Assembly: GCA_963693365.1 (NCBI GenBank)
Contig: CAVNZM010000003.1
Span: 1,027,506 to 1,091,505 of the forward strand
Direction: 5' to 3'
DNA length: 64,000 nucleotides
DNA from: Amoebidium appalachense
Lineage: Eukaryota; Protista; Ichthyosporea
This document shows positions 1 to 14,313 of the stretch, piece after piece. The translations under genes and the position numbers were made by a program. The notes beneath the pieces are model-generated. The model was not told where the DNA came from and made no database searches. It was given only the letters and a program-made list of their open reading frames with translations. Within the stretch, counting starts at the first letter, position 1. Each line of letters opens with the position of its first letter.

Positions 1-530
1 CCCCCCCCTCTTCTTCTTAGGAAAACAAGGTTGAACGGGACAACAAAAAGGGGCGAGTATCACCCTCCACTCAGACGTTTTCTACGTTATGCACCCAACA
101 TCCCTTTACTTGGAACCATAACATGAAGCGAATATAGACATACAGTACTAGTGTTTTTTTTAATACAGTGTGCTGTATTAGAAACTGGCATGCGTGTAAT
201 CGAAATTTTCCAAATTTCATAGAAATTCTTCAAAGATATCGTAGCTACAGCACTCACGTGCACCCGCCAAAGCCAATATCCACGACGTTGCACCCATTTA
301 ATGCTTTGCAGCGCCTTGCACACTCTTGGATACTGACTGCTGGTGGTGTGCGCCCTTCCCTGCTGGACGTGTTTCCACTCTCTGCATGTGGGAGTCACGC
401 TTTTTAACCAATAAATTCCCTCTTCTGATGATTGGTTACTTACTACAGAAGGCTTCAGGATTTTTTTAGGGCTCTTGATTTCGGTGTGACCTCCCCTCTC
501 ATTCCAACCCCCAGACGCACACCAGTGGCA

Positions 531-611
531 CCGCACGCACGCACGCACGCACGCATGCACGCATGTACGCACGCACGCACACACGCACACACGCACTCAC
601 GGACGCACACA

Positions 612-703
<92 letters not shown>

Positions 704-817
704 CACACGCACACACGCACAACCCACACGCAAACACACACACGCACACAAAATCACACACACACACGCACGCACACACACACACTCGCACGCACGCAAG
801 CACACACACACACACCG

Positions 818-878
<61 letters not shown>

Positions 879-880
879 GT

Positions 881-950
<70 letters not shown>

Positions 951-952
951 CA

Positions 953-999
<47 letters not shown>

Positions 1000-1015
1000 G
1001 CATACTCACACACAC
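531..1015. repeat. Compound microsatellite (GCAC)n grading into (CA)n
   Basis: Directly visible tandem GCAC then CA units; source of the THAR/THTH ORFs. Confidence 0.95.
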
Positions 1016-3446
1016 TAACTCCAACCTAAAACATCGCGTCAAATTCTGTTCCCCACAGTTAACTGGTCTCTCCTACCCAGCTGTACATGTTTCTGAATTA
1101 CGAAAAATGCTTCCCACTAGTATTGCTTGTGTCGCGAGCACTGTAGCAACCAAGGCCAACGGAAACATTTTCCACCGTATTCCTTCGGTGCTGTGAAAAT
1201 TGTGATTCGAACTTGAGTACAGATGTCTTGCATGTGTGTGCCGTTTTACCCCGGTGCATGCAGTGCAGCAGATACTTTTGCCCTATAAGCACGGATACCT
1301 TCTACTGGAGCCTAGCTCGGCTCGACTTCTAACAGGCTCATTAAAGCGCTTTGCAAGTCATACATACACATGCATGAAAAATTATATGCTGTAAAGCCAC
1401 ACTATTTAGCTGCATGTAAATTGCTCTGTTTCAAACAGTGATACAAAAACGCACCCTGATAGCATGCCCGAGATGCTATAGGTAGTAACAACCTCTTTCG
1501 GAATCAACAATTTGTGACGGTCGCCACATTCTGCACTTCTTGGCAACTGCCCTTTCTATGGATATAGCTGATGAGGAATGTGCCGAGGATAAGATTACAG
1601 CTAACTAGGTAGTTCATCGGCTCGGGTTGGCCGGCAAAATGAGGGCTAGAAAGTCATGTTAATAGTGCGCATTAAATAGTTTTTAGTTTAGGTTTGGGAA
1701 AATAAAATCCTACTAGCAAATTAATTAAGAAAGGTGGTTCGTTCACTCAGGTCTACAATTACTTAGCCTATGGGATTGCCCGGGATCTTACAAGTACAAT
1801 CTTATCGCCGGACATACAGAATGTCATGATTGGTTGTCACTAATCCCCCAAGATGTGAAGATTCTTCGTTTCGATGAAACAACCTCAAGGAGAATTGATT
1901 GTACTAATATTTGATGTTCTCTCTAACTATTGCCCGGTATTTCTTATCCAATCAAAATACAAAGTTTTTTCTTGCTCATGATGTTTTCGATCATATTTAT
2001 ATCGAATTCTCTGAAGCCTTACTGTTTGCCACACAACTGTAGGAGGACGTCCAGTTGATTGGAAGCGGGCAAATCTATCTGGGGGGCTGTGATGTCAAAC
2101 GACTGATGCATGTTGTGTTGATTTGTAGCAGCCTCTCCATGAAAAAGGTGCGATCGAATTAACCTGCACTATAAGTTTGTTATTTATATGTATAACATAT
2201 AGGCTTTTCTTCGCATGTAAATGCAATAATATGCGGTTTGTCATATGCGGGTATGTATTCTTGAGGTTCCGGTGGACCACGGCCCGCCGGACCAATCACA
2301 TCAAAATGCCAACGCCCAGGGCCCCAGATCATACGGCACACGTGATGCCTTGGCCAAGGTAGTATTTTTTGTAAACAAAAAAATTGTATGAAGATTTTTC
2401 ACTGCTATAGAACCCCTGCATTTGTGTGTGAATTTTTGATGATATTATGTAACTAATGATGCAAACGGCATATCGTAAGTATTCGTGCGCGTATAAATAT
2501 ATAACTTTGGCCAATTCGAATTCCTAAATATATATATTCCCGGGCTTTCGGGTTCAAATGCGCGCTTCTCTTGTGCTTAAAAGACAGAAACAAACAAAAA
2601 AAAAATGCGACGATAAGTGATTTTGGCCTTAACACACGATATTTTGCCTCTTCGGAAGACTTCGGTGCTCTGTTTTTCTTTTTGTGCGTCACTTGGTAGC
2701 TTCGTAGCCTGCGAGTCAAATTGATGCATGCATCAGCTTACTACCAGTGCGCAGTTCCACCAATGGGATTACCCCTAACCAATTCCTATTGGGTTTCGTG
2801 TCAGCCAATCAATAAAACCCATTGGCGGCAATCTCATTCCTTGGAAGGCACCAATCAAAGTACTTTGTCGTAAACTTTGCACAAAGCCTGGCCTGAAATG
2901 TACACTTGAAGAAAAATGTAGATTTGTAACCGCAGCAACAGCATAGTATGCGAATTCTTCAGGTGCAAGAAAAATTGAATAATTGTCTATAGTTTATAAA
3001 TTTAAAACACTCTAAGTAAGAAATTTTAGAGTTATTTTTGCACCAAGCGCATTCTTGTATGAATTCTATAATCCTTTCTATTGGCTACATATCATTGCTT
3101 ATATTGACCAAAGCTTTTTTCGCTTACACATGCGCATTTTTCGAAGTTGTGAATGGCTTTTCGCGTGAGGAATGACACGAACAAAACCGGCAAACATAAA
3201 AAAGAAACGTAAAAACTTTCTGTTTCGTGGGTGTGAAGGGGCGGTGAAAGAGGGAGTAAGGGAACAGAAAAACACGATAGCAAAAAAAAAAGCTGAAAAG
3301 GTATACAAAGAAAAAAAAAAACAACAAAAAGCCGCCCCCACCTCCTCCCTCCACGCACTTTCTTCGTACAAACTCCTTGCTCACTTTATTCTTACAAACT
3401 TTTTTTTTTGTCCAACCTAATTTGTAACATCGCCATTTCCAGCAAG

Positions 3447-4095
3447 ATGATAGGAATTATGGAGGGCTCTGTTCTCTCACCCACAGAGTGTGGCGCGACT
3501 GGCACTGAGCTTCTTGAGGTGGCGGCGGCTAGACCAAAGAGGCAGTTCCTGGGATGTGCAGGTGTGTGCGCCCTTGCCGAAGTGTGCTCGGATGATGTCA
3601 TGTACTTGGCGGTCTTTCGATGTTGCGCCGTGTGGGTTGCTTTTGACCTTTTCCTTTCCAGCCTGACTCTCAAGCACCGGCATGTACATGAATTTTGCAC
3701 CGTACCCCACGTTTCTGCGAGTGATCGACAGGTTCGATAATCACTATTTTTCTGATGAAATTGTTAGGCCGAGGAAATAGTTTTTTCTCTGTTACGTTTA
3801 CTCAGGCTGAGAGGAAGGGCTGTTTATTACACGCTATGGGGGAATGGTAGATGCGTGAGAAATTTCATCAGTATGAATTGGTTTGAACGCCGGAGACTGG
3901 GTGGCCGTAACGTGGATTGAACTCAAGTGCTTTCCGCTGGTTCAATGTTTCGGGGTTGGTTGCGGAAGAGAGAACTTAAGTATAGGGTAATGATTTTATG
4001 TGAATCGTTAACATGTGCGTCTGTATAAGGTGGGGTGGAGTGGGTGTTTTTTATTTTATTATTATTGTTGTTATAATTATTCTTATTATTAATAT

Positions 4096-4145
<50 letters not shown>

Positions 4146-4363
4146 GGGGGGAATGGTATAGAATCAGGGAAAGGAGCAGAGGGAGTTTTCAGTTGCAAGT
4201 TGCAAATATGTGACCATGCGTTGATTATGTGGTTGATGTTGCGACAAAAAGGGCACTAACGACATCCTTTTATGTTTTTTCAGACTGCAAAAAACAGGCT
4301 GCTGACTATGCAGACGCCACTGAGCATATGCTCAAGGCTGCAGCACTCACCGTGGGAAGAAAA

Positions 4364-4404
<41 letters not shown>

Positions 4405-4772
4405 TGCGTGCACGTGTTTGTGTGTGTGTGTATGTGTGATGTTTTTGTGCTGTCAAGTACTTTTGTGGTGGTGGGGGGGGGGGGGGGGGAGGGGGGGGGG
4501 GAAGGAGGTTGCATAATTGCGCTTGGGTTGTTCCTGAGTAGTTGAATGAGTATATATGCAAAGTGCGTAAGTTGTAGCGGCTATGAGTGCGTGTGGGTGG
4601 TACAGGCAGGGTTAGTTGTTAAATCGGCTAATTATAATGAGATTGTGTATGTGTGCGCTTGCAGACGAAAGTGCGTGCGCGCGCGTGTGTGTGTGTGTTC
4701 ATGTCTCTGGCTGTGTGTTTTTATGAGTACATATGCAGATGGTTAAGGGGAGGGAGGGTGGGTGGTGGTGGT

Positions 4773-4807
<35 letters not shown>

Positions 4808-5225
4808 GTCACAAACACACGACAAACATGTCACAACCCCCCCCCTCCGCCCTCCCCCCTCCCGCATTATCTCCCATATTTTCCCTTCTCCCCCCCCCCC
4901 CCCCCCCCCCCCCCCTTTTTTTTTCTTTCTTTTTTTTTTCTTTTGCAGGGGTCAGGCTCTTGATTCGCTCTTCAGATGGCTCTGCCGGCCGGTCAACGGT
5001 ATGTGAAGATGCATCCCCCAAACCCTCCTTCTCAAAACATTAACTAACAAGATAACACGCGGTTTAAGTGTAAATAGTAACTCTTTCAGGGTCTCTTCTA
5101 TACATATGAACCACAATGATCGATTTTTTTGTTTTTCCTTGTGGTGGGGGGTTCTTTTATTTTATTTGGTTTGGTTTGCTTATCGTGTTTTGTGTATCCA
5201 GTTCTGCTTCAAATCATACACTACC

Positions 5226-5256
<31 letters not shown>

Positions 5257-7048
5257 CCCACCCCACCCCCTTCGCTTCCTCCCCTTCTTCACCACTCACC
5301 CTTACACTGGTGTTCTCGTTGTATTTTCCTGGTCTGGGGTAACCAAATAGTCAGACTAAAAAATCTACCATTGAGAGATCATAGCGTTGTTTCTAGTAAC
5401 GATTCTTTCTCAACCCTTGACCATTCATATTCGATAAGTTCTTTCCCCACAAATTGAAGCCTCGGTTTACATTTTCATCATGTATAGTGCCCTTCATTTC
5501 TTCTTCTTCTTCTTCTTCTTTTTTTGAAGTGTTCTTTATGTTTTTGGCCGTTTCTATGCAGATGCCAAGCGTCTTTCTCGCTCCAACAGTGTCGTGTCCG
5601 ACGTCCAACCCGCCGCCATCCTTCGCCAGGTCATCGACTCCCACGCAAACACCGACATTAATCCCTCCATGGACGAAATTTCGCAGATTAGCAAAGATCA
5701 GCAAGCCCCTCTCGCGAGCCCAAAACCTGTTAACCTATCATCTTTGAGCTGTGACGTCACAAACGGGGAGGAGGATGAAATTTCGACGAATGGAAAAGGG
5801 TTTGTGGCACACGCAGCGGAAGCGGAAACAGGCGGAGTGGAGGGGGGGGGAGAAGGAGGCGGAAGGGGGTGGAAGCTTGGAGGGGGGGTATGGTGTGCAC
5901 TGTAGGTTCCACTGTGACCCCTGCCGGCTGTATCATGTGGTGGCACACTACTACTATGACAACCCGGCAAGGGCCCAGGAAATTCAGGTGAGGCGGACTT
6001 GAAACCCCCCCCCCCTGATTTTGTGGTTCAATGCTGGTTTTTTTTTTTCTTTTTTGGGGGGGGGGGGGGGTTAAATGTTATCCCTCTGCGTCTCCTCGAT
6101 ATTTCCTACCCTCTAATGCATGCCCCCCCCCCCCCCCCCCCCCCCTTTCCCCTTTTGGGCTTTTCCTCGATGTTGCGTGCTCTTTGTGTGCCCCCCCCCC
6201 CCCCCCCCCTCCCTTGGCGGGAAAATATCGGTGGTGTGTTGCTGTTGTGAATGTGAGGCCCGGGGGTTTGGCTGCGTTATAATTAGAAAGTTCTCGTTTC
6301 CTCCGTCTCTTGCCGTCATCATATTATCAAAGTGTATTGTTTGAGAGAGGGGGGGGGGGGGGGGGGGAGGGGGGAGGGAGGGGGGGGGCTGAGGGCATGT
6401 CTATACCTATGGACTTATTTCTCAATTGATATCCCCCCCACACACACATCCACGCACCCACCACACACATACACACATACACACAGCTGCACACACATAC
6501 CAACCCCCCCCCCCCCCCCCCCCCCCCCTCCCCCCCCCCTTCCCCCCCTCCCCCGCACGCACACACACACATGCACGCAACCTATCTCACGGGCGCCTGC
6601 ACACACACACACGACAGCTTGTGTGCCGGCAGTTGTCCATGAACATCCATTTTCCCGCCATTTTTGCTCTTCTCTTCAACGAATGGGTAAACCCCCCCCC
6701 CCCCCCCCCCTCCCTGCCGCCACGTGCCTAAAACCACCGCCACCACACACGAAAAGAAGAAAAAGAAAGGGAAAAGTGAAACCCTCAACCCCCCACCATC
6801 ACGACCAAAAATATGATCTTTTACTTTTTCCCCTATTTTCACACTTTTTTCACGTGCGTTTCATTTTCGTGTGATCATAGTAAGATTTTAAAAAACGGTC
6901 GTGTCTACCCTCGTGATTCCCTCGTGATTTGAAACGGCTGTGCCAGGCACTTCACACACACACACACACACACACACTCACTCACAGATGCCCGTGCATA
7001 CATAACTGAACCGATCTGATCTAATGTAGTCTGCTATAATACCCCCCC

Positions 7049-7079
<31 letters not shown>

Positions 7080-7584
7080 AAAAAATAGAAATAAAAAATA
7101 AAATAAAATAAGAATAATAAATAAAAACTCCTTCCCCGCCTCCCTCCCGTCACACGACCCCCCCCTCCCCCCTCCCCCCCCCCCCCCTCCCCAAAAAAAA
7201 AAAAAAAAAAAAAAAACACTGCAGCTTTTCACAGACACGGACGGCACTAGTCACGTGACTACCAAGGAGTTCAACGTGTGGCTGAAGGGAGCCAATCGCT
7301 GCTTCCGCTACGACCTGCAGCACCACTCAAGGCACTTTGCGCACCTGTTTGATTTCACTGCACGCCTGTGCGTGGCGAGAAACGCGGGAGAGCTGGCGTG
7401 GGAGCCTGATGTGGATGAGTGTAGAAGGTGGGTCTGGTCTGTTGGGTTTGCTTTTTATTCCCTTTTGTTTCGTTTGTTTCTTGTTGTTTCAGGGATGCTT
7501 CAATTAGAGTGTTTTTCCTCATTTATTCCTTTTTTTTTTTTTGCCTCATTCTTTTTTTTTCTCCCTCCTTTTCCGGGTGCGGTG

Positions 7585-7630
<46 letters not shown>

Positions 7631-7673
7631 CGCGCGCTCGCGCGCGTGTTTGCACACACACAGGCAAAAGTGT

Positions 7674-7704
<31 letters not shown>

Positions 7705-7862
7705 GGATGGATGAATGCGTATCTTTCAGGTTTCCAGCGGTTGGGAGTTGTGGATCTAAAAATAGCTCTCTAATGATCCCCTTCCCCCCTCCTCCCCCCT
7801 CCCCTCCTCCCATTCGCTCCTGCTCACTAAGCACCAAGCATACATACGCACACACACACACA

Positions 7863-7937
<75 letters not shown>

Positions 7938-9024
7938 ACACACAGGCCCAACCACCCGTCTGTTCTTACTGCCCCTATGGTTGAAGACCTCATTCACCTC
8001 ATAGCTACCCTCTATCTCTACTACTACGACCCCAGACTGCTAAAGGTATTGCCCCCCCCCCCCCCCCACCCCCCCGAAGAAACATACATATAACAGTACG
8101 AATTACTAAATGAATATCATCTTTAGATATATTTGTTACTGTGTACACATTACACAACACAAGATAGTAACTAGAAGAAAGTAGACGGAAAGGGAAGCGC
8201 TTTAAGAAATTCAGATGTCAATAGTACGAAATCCTCCATTACTATCATTCTTAAACAATAACTGCCTCTCTATAACCAATACGAAAGATAGGAATGCGCC
8301 AAGAAAGAACCAGAAGGAAAGAAAAGAACATTGAGGTTGGGTGCGCCGGGACTGTGTGCTGGATTTTCCTTTTTTTTTCACGTTTATTTTATTTTATTTT
8401 ATTTAGGAGATATCACATAAATGAACATCAAACTAAAATTTTATTTTCCCACAGCACTTCTCATCCGTTCTGGCGTGCAGTCAGCGGTGCTTTGAGGACC
8501 AATCAGAGGCCTTGCCTGTGGCAGCCAATCAAAACGAAGAGATTTATGACCTGTTTGTGTGCGAGTGCATTAAGGTATGGAACCCTGCCCCGCCCTGTTC
8601 CATACAGCTAGCACACACTCATACACACACCCCCTCCCCCCCCCCCCCCCCCCCCCCCCGGCCGCCGCCCGCCCAGCCGCCCACGCACCTTTCCTTCCCT
8701 CCTTTCCTTTGTATTTTCCGGTCCTACCAAAAAAAAAAAAGATATAGAGGAGAGTGAAAATGATCAAAATGAAGAAAGACCTAAATCTGTCCTCTGTGGC
8801 ATCGACACTTACTTCCCGCCGCATCTCGGGTAGTGTTAATACAGCTAGCAAACCCCCCCCTCCCCCCCCCCCCCCCCTCCCCCCCCCTTCCCCCTTTCCC
8901 CCTCCCCTCCCCTCTCCTCCGCCCGCCGACTCTGTGCTTTTCGCCAACCTGTATTGTACACATCCCTTCTCTCCCTTCCCCCCCCCCCCCCCTCCCCCCT
9001 CCCCCCCCCCCAAAAAAAACAAAT

Positions 9025-9066
<42 letters not shown>

Positions 9067-9528
9067 TCTCACCCCCCCCCCCCCCCCCCCCCCCCCCTCT
9101 CCCCGGCAGCTCCTTCGGACAGTGCATGGTGACGTAACGTTTGACGTTGTGGTCGAGAGGGTGATTCTGTGCCACTTGGCTGACTTGGACCCGGCCATGC
9201 TCAGGTATTGCACCTCCCATAATGTTGAAATTTAAAGATGCGGGATGTGTGCATGTGTGCATGTGTGCATGTGGGCATGTGGGCATGTGTGCATGTGTGC
9301 ATGTGTGCATGTGGGCGCGGTTGTGCTGAACGGGGGGAGCTTCAGGAGCGGGTTTGGTAGGGAATGAAAACTTGGTGTTGTTTTTTTGTTTTTTGTTTTT
9401 TTGTTTTTTGTTTTTTTTGGGGGGGGCGGGGGGGTTCATCCAATCATTCTTCTTAGATTTCGAAATGCATCGCGTTTTTTGTTATCAGCCAAATCAGAAT
9501 GAAAAATATTATTCCAGGACCGCAAGAG

Positions 9529-9571
<43 letters not shown>

Positions 9572-10669
9572 AAAAAAAAAAATCCATCTGCGGGATCTTT
9601 CCCCCCCCTGCCCCAACCAACCAATGTCTGCCGGTATCTTGCACCGTTTCATTTCTGATATTTGGTTGTTTGGGGGTTTTTTACAGTCAGCGTACGTGCG
9701 CCCGTCTGCTGGCCGCCCTCCACAAGTTCAGTTCCCTGCGGCAGACAAACAGAGAGGTCAGGGCAGCAGCACAGATGGCCCTGGACCGCGTATTTCCCGT
9801 ATGGACCCCCCCTCACCTCCCCCCTCTCCCCAAATAGTAATACTAATAATAACAATAAGAATAATTATAATAACAAAAATATCAAAGATGATGATAGTTA
9901 TACTAAAATATGTCCGTTTCTCCTTCTAGTGACCCTACCTCCTCTTTAAAAAATGCACACACGAATACGTCGGCGAAGGCACGTGCACATCTTCGCTTTA
10001 ATGTTGTTTTGAGTAAGGAATAGGCTGGAGGGTAGGCAAAACGAATTGTCTGCTTGTGATTGTAAACCATGCTCTTTTATTTAACGCAAATTGCCTATGT
10101 GTACGTTGTGTTGGAAAACTATCCAATTAGCAGATTCTGAACACCTGCCTTGTCTATGTGCTATTGGTGAGGTTACCTAATTAGGCAAATTCCAATGTCT
10201 GCTGTATTATTCTGCTACTAAACGTTTACACATCCTTGTATCGACACTGCGCTGCAAAGTAGGGAGCTACCTAATAAGGAAACACAGATGTCTGCTTTAT
10301 GATTGGTGCTGCTAAGCAGTTACATGTTGCTCCTATCAGTGTCCTAATACTTGCCTAATAGGCAATGTTTGGCATGATAAATTTTTCAATGTCTGCATTA
10401 TCATTGTACCACCAGGGAATTACCTAATAAGGCTATTCCCTGGAGGCAGGAGGGCCGGCTTACCCGTGGCATCATTAAGTTTGGCCTCAGGGCATGCCTC
10501 TACCCAAGATCTTTCCCTGTGGAGGCAATCAAGTGGAGCAGGTATGTGTGGAATGTGTGGAATGCATGATATGCTGCTCTTGATTGGGGGAAACTGTGGG
10601 TCGTGATCGCACCATTTGCATATCATGTTTCTATCTCTCGTTTTGTCTGTTTGTCTGTGCTTTTTTTTT

Positions 10670-10700
<31 letters not shown>

Positions 10701-11229
10701 TAAATAAACATATAATGCCCCCCCCCCCCCCCCCCCCCCCCCAGGCGGAAAACAAAAAGCACGAAGGAAGAAAAAAAGAAAAGATAGAGACCCTTCACCT
10801 TGTTCGTTTAGTTACCTTTTTGGCCTTCCTTCCCACGTACGGTTGTTGTCCGATTCCAAGCACCGCCTTTTTTTGTAACCGCTATGGGGTGGTCAGAGCA
10901 AGAATCGTGTTTTGACGACATGGGAATGTGAGCCACATGGTGAAATCTGCCTCGATTTGATTGGTTCGGCATGTCAGCCATTGAACCCCACCAATTAAAT
11001 CGAGGCAAACTTTGGGCATCCGGCTCACATTCCCATGTCTTCAAAACACGATTCTTGCTCTTACCACCCCATATAGCACTCTATAGAGCATTTTGCGAGG
11101 CCGTGTACCGCAACTTCTATACATGTACTGGCACTCTTTCAGTCCTTTCTAAAAGACCCCCCCCCCCCCTCCCTCCCCCCGTCCCCCCCCCCCCCCCCCC
11201 CCCCCCTCCCTCCCGTCCCCCCCCCCAAC

Positions 11230-11274
<45 letters not shown>

Positions 11275-11341
11275 GACGTTGTGACCTCGGCTGTGAAGCA
11301 AATTGGTGCAACTTCCGGCCCCATCTTCGCCATCACTGGTA

Positions 11342-11377
<36 letters not shown>

Positions 11378-12268
11378 TCCCCGGAAAAAAAAGAAGAAAT
11401 AGAGAAACCACCACCTAACACCATCTAATCATCTTTTTTGGGCGTTGATTCTTACGATCCATCCAACCATCCAGTCGCAGAGAAAAAGAGGGAAAGTGGG
11501 AGGAAGGGAAAGAGGTGGGGGAGATGGAGGGAATGTGAGGTGGAGAATGAGAGGGAGCGGGAGAGACAGGAGCAGGGGGGGGGGGGGGGGAAGGGCACTA
11601 ATATGATAGGAAGAAATGGAGGGAGCGGAGAAGACACAAAGACGGAACTAATCCCATCCCCCCCCCCCCCCCCCCCCCCCTCCCAATGGCACCTAAACCC
11701 TCCCTCCCCCTTTTGCAAGAGTGCTGCAATCTGTCTGTATACGTTGCAAGAGTGCTGCAATTTGTCTGTAATATGAGTTGTGGAAGCCACCACGTTACAC
11801 TATGCCGCTCTATTTTTTCTTTTCTTTTTGTAACCCCTTGGCTGCCGATGTTTCCTTTTAGAAAGCCGATGTTTCATGTTTCCTTTTAGAAAGCCGATGT
11901 TTCGTTTTAGAAGCGGTTCCTCTCTTAACCTGTGGTCAACATATCATGCCACACATATAACCCCTTTAACCCCTTTAATCCCTTTGACCCGTAGGAAGTG
12001 CCGATGGGCCGACTTCCTTTTCGGGCCCTCTTGCCGCCTTCCCCACCGAGCTACCGATTGACATTAACCTATCAACACTCACCCCTGACGTCATTGGAAT
12101 GCTCAGGTACGGGGTTTTCTGTCTTGCATTTCGTTTAGCATTTCGTTTCTCCCAAACCTCTAGCACATATCCTCCCCCCCCCCCCCCCCCCCCCCCCCCT
12201 CCCCCCTCCCCTTCCCAGAAGAAAAGGAAGGGGGGAGGGGGGGGTATCCTCCGCACAAAAAAAAACAC

Positions 12269-12316
<48 letters not shown>

Positions 12317-12430
12317 GTTTCAGTCGTCTTTTTTGGGGGGGGGGGGAGGGAGGGGGGGGGGGGGGGGCATGATACACTTTTCAGACATGTGGACGTGTGC
12401 TAACATCCCAACCTCCCCCTCTCCACACAC

Positions 12431-12514
<84 letters not shown>

Positions 12515-12841
12515 CAAGTGGTGCACATGACGTACTTTGGCATCCAGACGGCCCGTCAGACCCTCACATCCCCCAAGAGCGTCGCCGCAAATTCCCTCAG
12601 TCACGTGACCAACATTCTAAAAATAGCACCCACGTGGATACACCGCGCAGAATCTTCTGCGAGAATAACGGAAGGAAAGAAGGTGATGGAAGGTGATGAA
12701 AAACAGTTGGAGGTGAGAGGGGGGGGAAACGGCGTGAATAGGATGGGGTTGTGGTATGTGTTGGGGGCGGGGGTGGAGAGGGTGAGGGCGCTTGTGCGGA
12801 CACCTGATTTGGATGATAGCTGGGCCAATGGGCTCGAGTGA
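3447..12841 (+). CDS. 15-exon gene, ~620 aa uncharacterised helical protein resembling a conserved plant/protist family (Arabidopsis At5g59960-like, recalled from memory)
   Basis: GT-AG exons join in frame: 3447-3561, 4284-4365, 4949-4998, 5562-5799, 5906-5987, 6618-6686, 7225-7427, 7946-8045, 8455-8574, 9110-9204, 9687-9798, 10450-10541, 11274-11338, 11995-12106, 12514-12841 (1863 nt). Motifs IFALLFNEWLF, GANRCFRYDLQ, VRAAAQMALDRVFP, LRACLYP. The start codon and family identity are less certain than the exon chain. Confidence 0.75.
10885..11071. mobile_element. ~190-bp fold-back MITE-like element in an intron, flanked by TA
   Basis: ~50-bp near-perfect inverted arms TGGGGTGGTCAGAGCAAGAATCGTGTTTTGACGACATGGGAATGTGAGCC / GGCTCACATTCCCATGTCTTCAAAACACGATTCTTGCTCTTACCACCCCA, plus inner arms TGCCTCGATTTGATTGGT / ACCAATTAAATCGAGGCA; TA on both sides. 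Confidence 0.7.
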
Positions 12842-13894
12842 TTAAAATTAATATGGATTCGATGATTGGACCTTTCGAGGATGTCTTTTGAGATGGTCGA
12901 CGTGGTTCGATTAATTATAAATAAATAAATAAATTAATTAAAAAAAAACGATGTTATGACTTTGCTATTGAAAGTATAGCACGCAAACAATGGTTACTTC
13001 TCATGTTTTTGGTTATTTATGATCGTTTTAGCCTATGATTGTATAGATTTATAGATTTTTTTATTGTATAGTTTTATTCACCGATGTGTAAATCCTCTTC
13101 TGTGTACATAGCTCATGGTCCTGCACTGATTGGATGGTAAATAACGTGCTGTGTTGAATTTTCACGGTCATGTTTGTTGTTTTTAGGAGCATTTTTTTGA
13201 TGTAGCAGTGTCCTTTTATGGGTGATCCTATCAAATAAGATATTGAGGCGATGTGTGTGGCGTGTTAAGCGCTGGTGGTGGTGAAAGCCATGAAAACGTG
13301 TGATTATATGAATGATTGCCTTTTGCTTGCATCGAATCGATATCTGTGATATCACTTTGTGCAGTGTAAATGTGTATGTATTTCCAAATTTGCAAATGAA
13401 AATACCGTAAATCTGTGTGTGTGTATATATCCCCGCTTTCACTTCGTGTATATCCTCGGTATACTGTATCATTTTGATACATTCGTGGAAGTTTTGAGTG
13501 GAATACTTGCGTTTTATTCTAAGAAGTTGGATACTGCAAAGTCTGTATGGTGCAGCCTGGGCCCTTTGATCATGATGAAATTGCAAATAAGAATACTATA
13601 TGGTGGATAGTATGAGTCGTATTGTTAGTTCACAGTAAACCCATGTACATGCCCCTTCCCGTGCACGTGTCAGGTCCGCTGCCCCCCCCCCCCCCCCGCC
13701 CCAACCATCACCACCACCACCACCTCCTCCCACCTCCCATGCACGGAAATTCAAACGCACACGGCATACACACAAGCCGCAGCACCCACACATGCGCGTG
13801 GGCACACACACCGTGGCACACACACACACACAGACACACATACAACCCAGAGCCGGAGGGGAAGGGGAAGGGGGATGTGGTAAGAAACGGCTGA

Positions 13895-13937
<43 letters not shown>

Positions 13938-14153
13938 ATTTGCCAAAAACTTAAAGCCGTGGGGGGCAAAGGAAATATATAGGAAATGGAAATATTGAAG
14001 CTTTATGGGAGAAAGGAAAGGGAGGAGAAAAAAAGAGAGAGAGAAAGGGAGATCAATGGTGTGGTTTTCCCAACTAATTGGATCCAAACTGGATCTGTGT
14101 AGCCTCAGTGAGAACAGACTGAACTTTTCTATTTAATCTCTACCTCTCCTTAA

Positions 14154-14313
14154 GGCCTGTCATGGCATTTCTTGGTGTGACACGGCATGACGTCGTTTTA
14201 CGTGATATATGGCGGGCGAGAATATGATTGGTCGTGCCCATTTTTGGTGCCAACTTCCTTTTTTAGAAGTTTTTGCCTTAGCCAATCAAGGAGAAGAGAC
14301 ACCATTGTAGGCC
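14154..14313. mobile_element. Possible 160-bp MITE flanked by TTAA
   Basis: TTAA at 14150-14153 and 14314-14317; imperfect termini GGCCTGTCATGG / CCATTGTAGGCC (9 of 12 match). Confidence 0.35.

Noticed and set aside
432-1196. Long [12 protein letters not shown], poly-P and poly-G ORFs here and throughout the track
   Set aside because: They are translations of stop-free microsatellites and homopolymers, mostly intronic.
7234-7272. EF-hand-like DTDGTSHVTTKEF
   Set aside because: It is a single unpaired loop lacking the usual Gly, and lies in a variable linker between conserved blocks of the presumed family.
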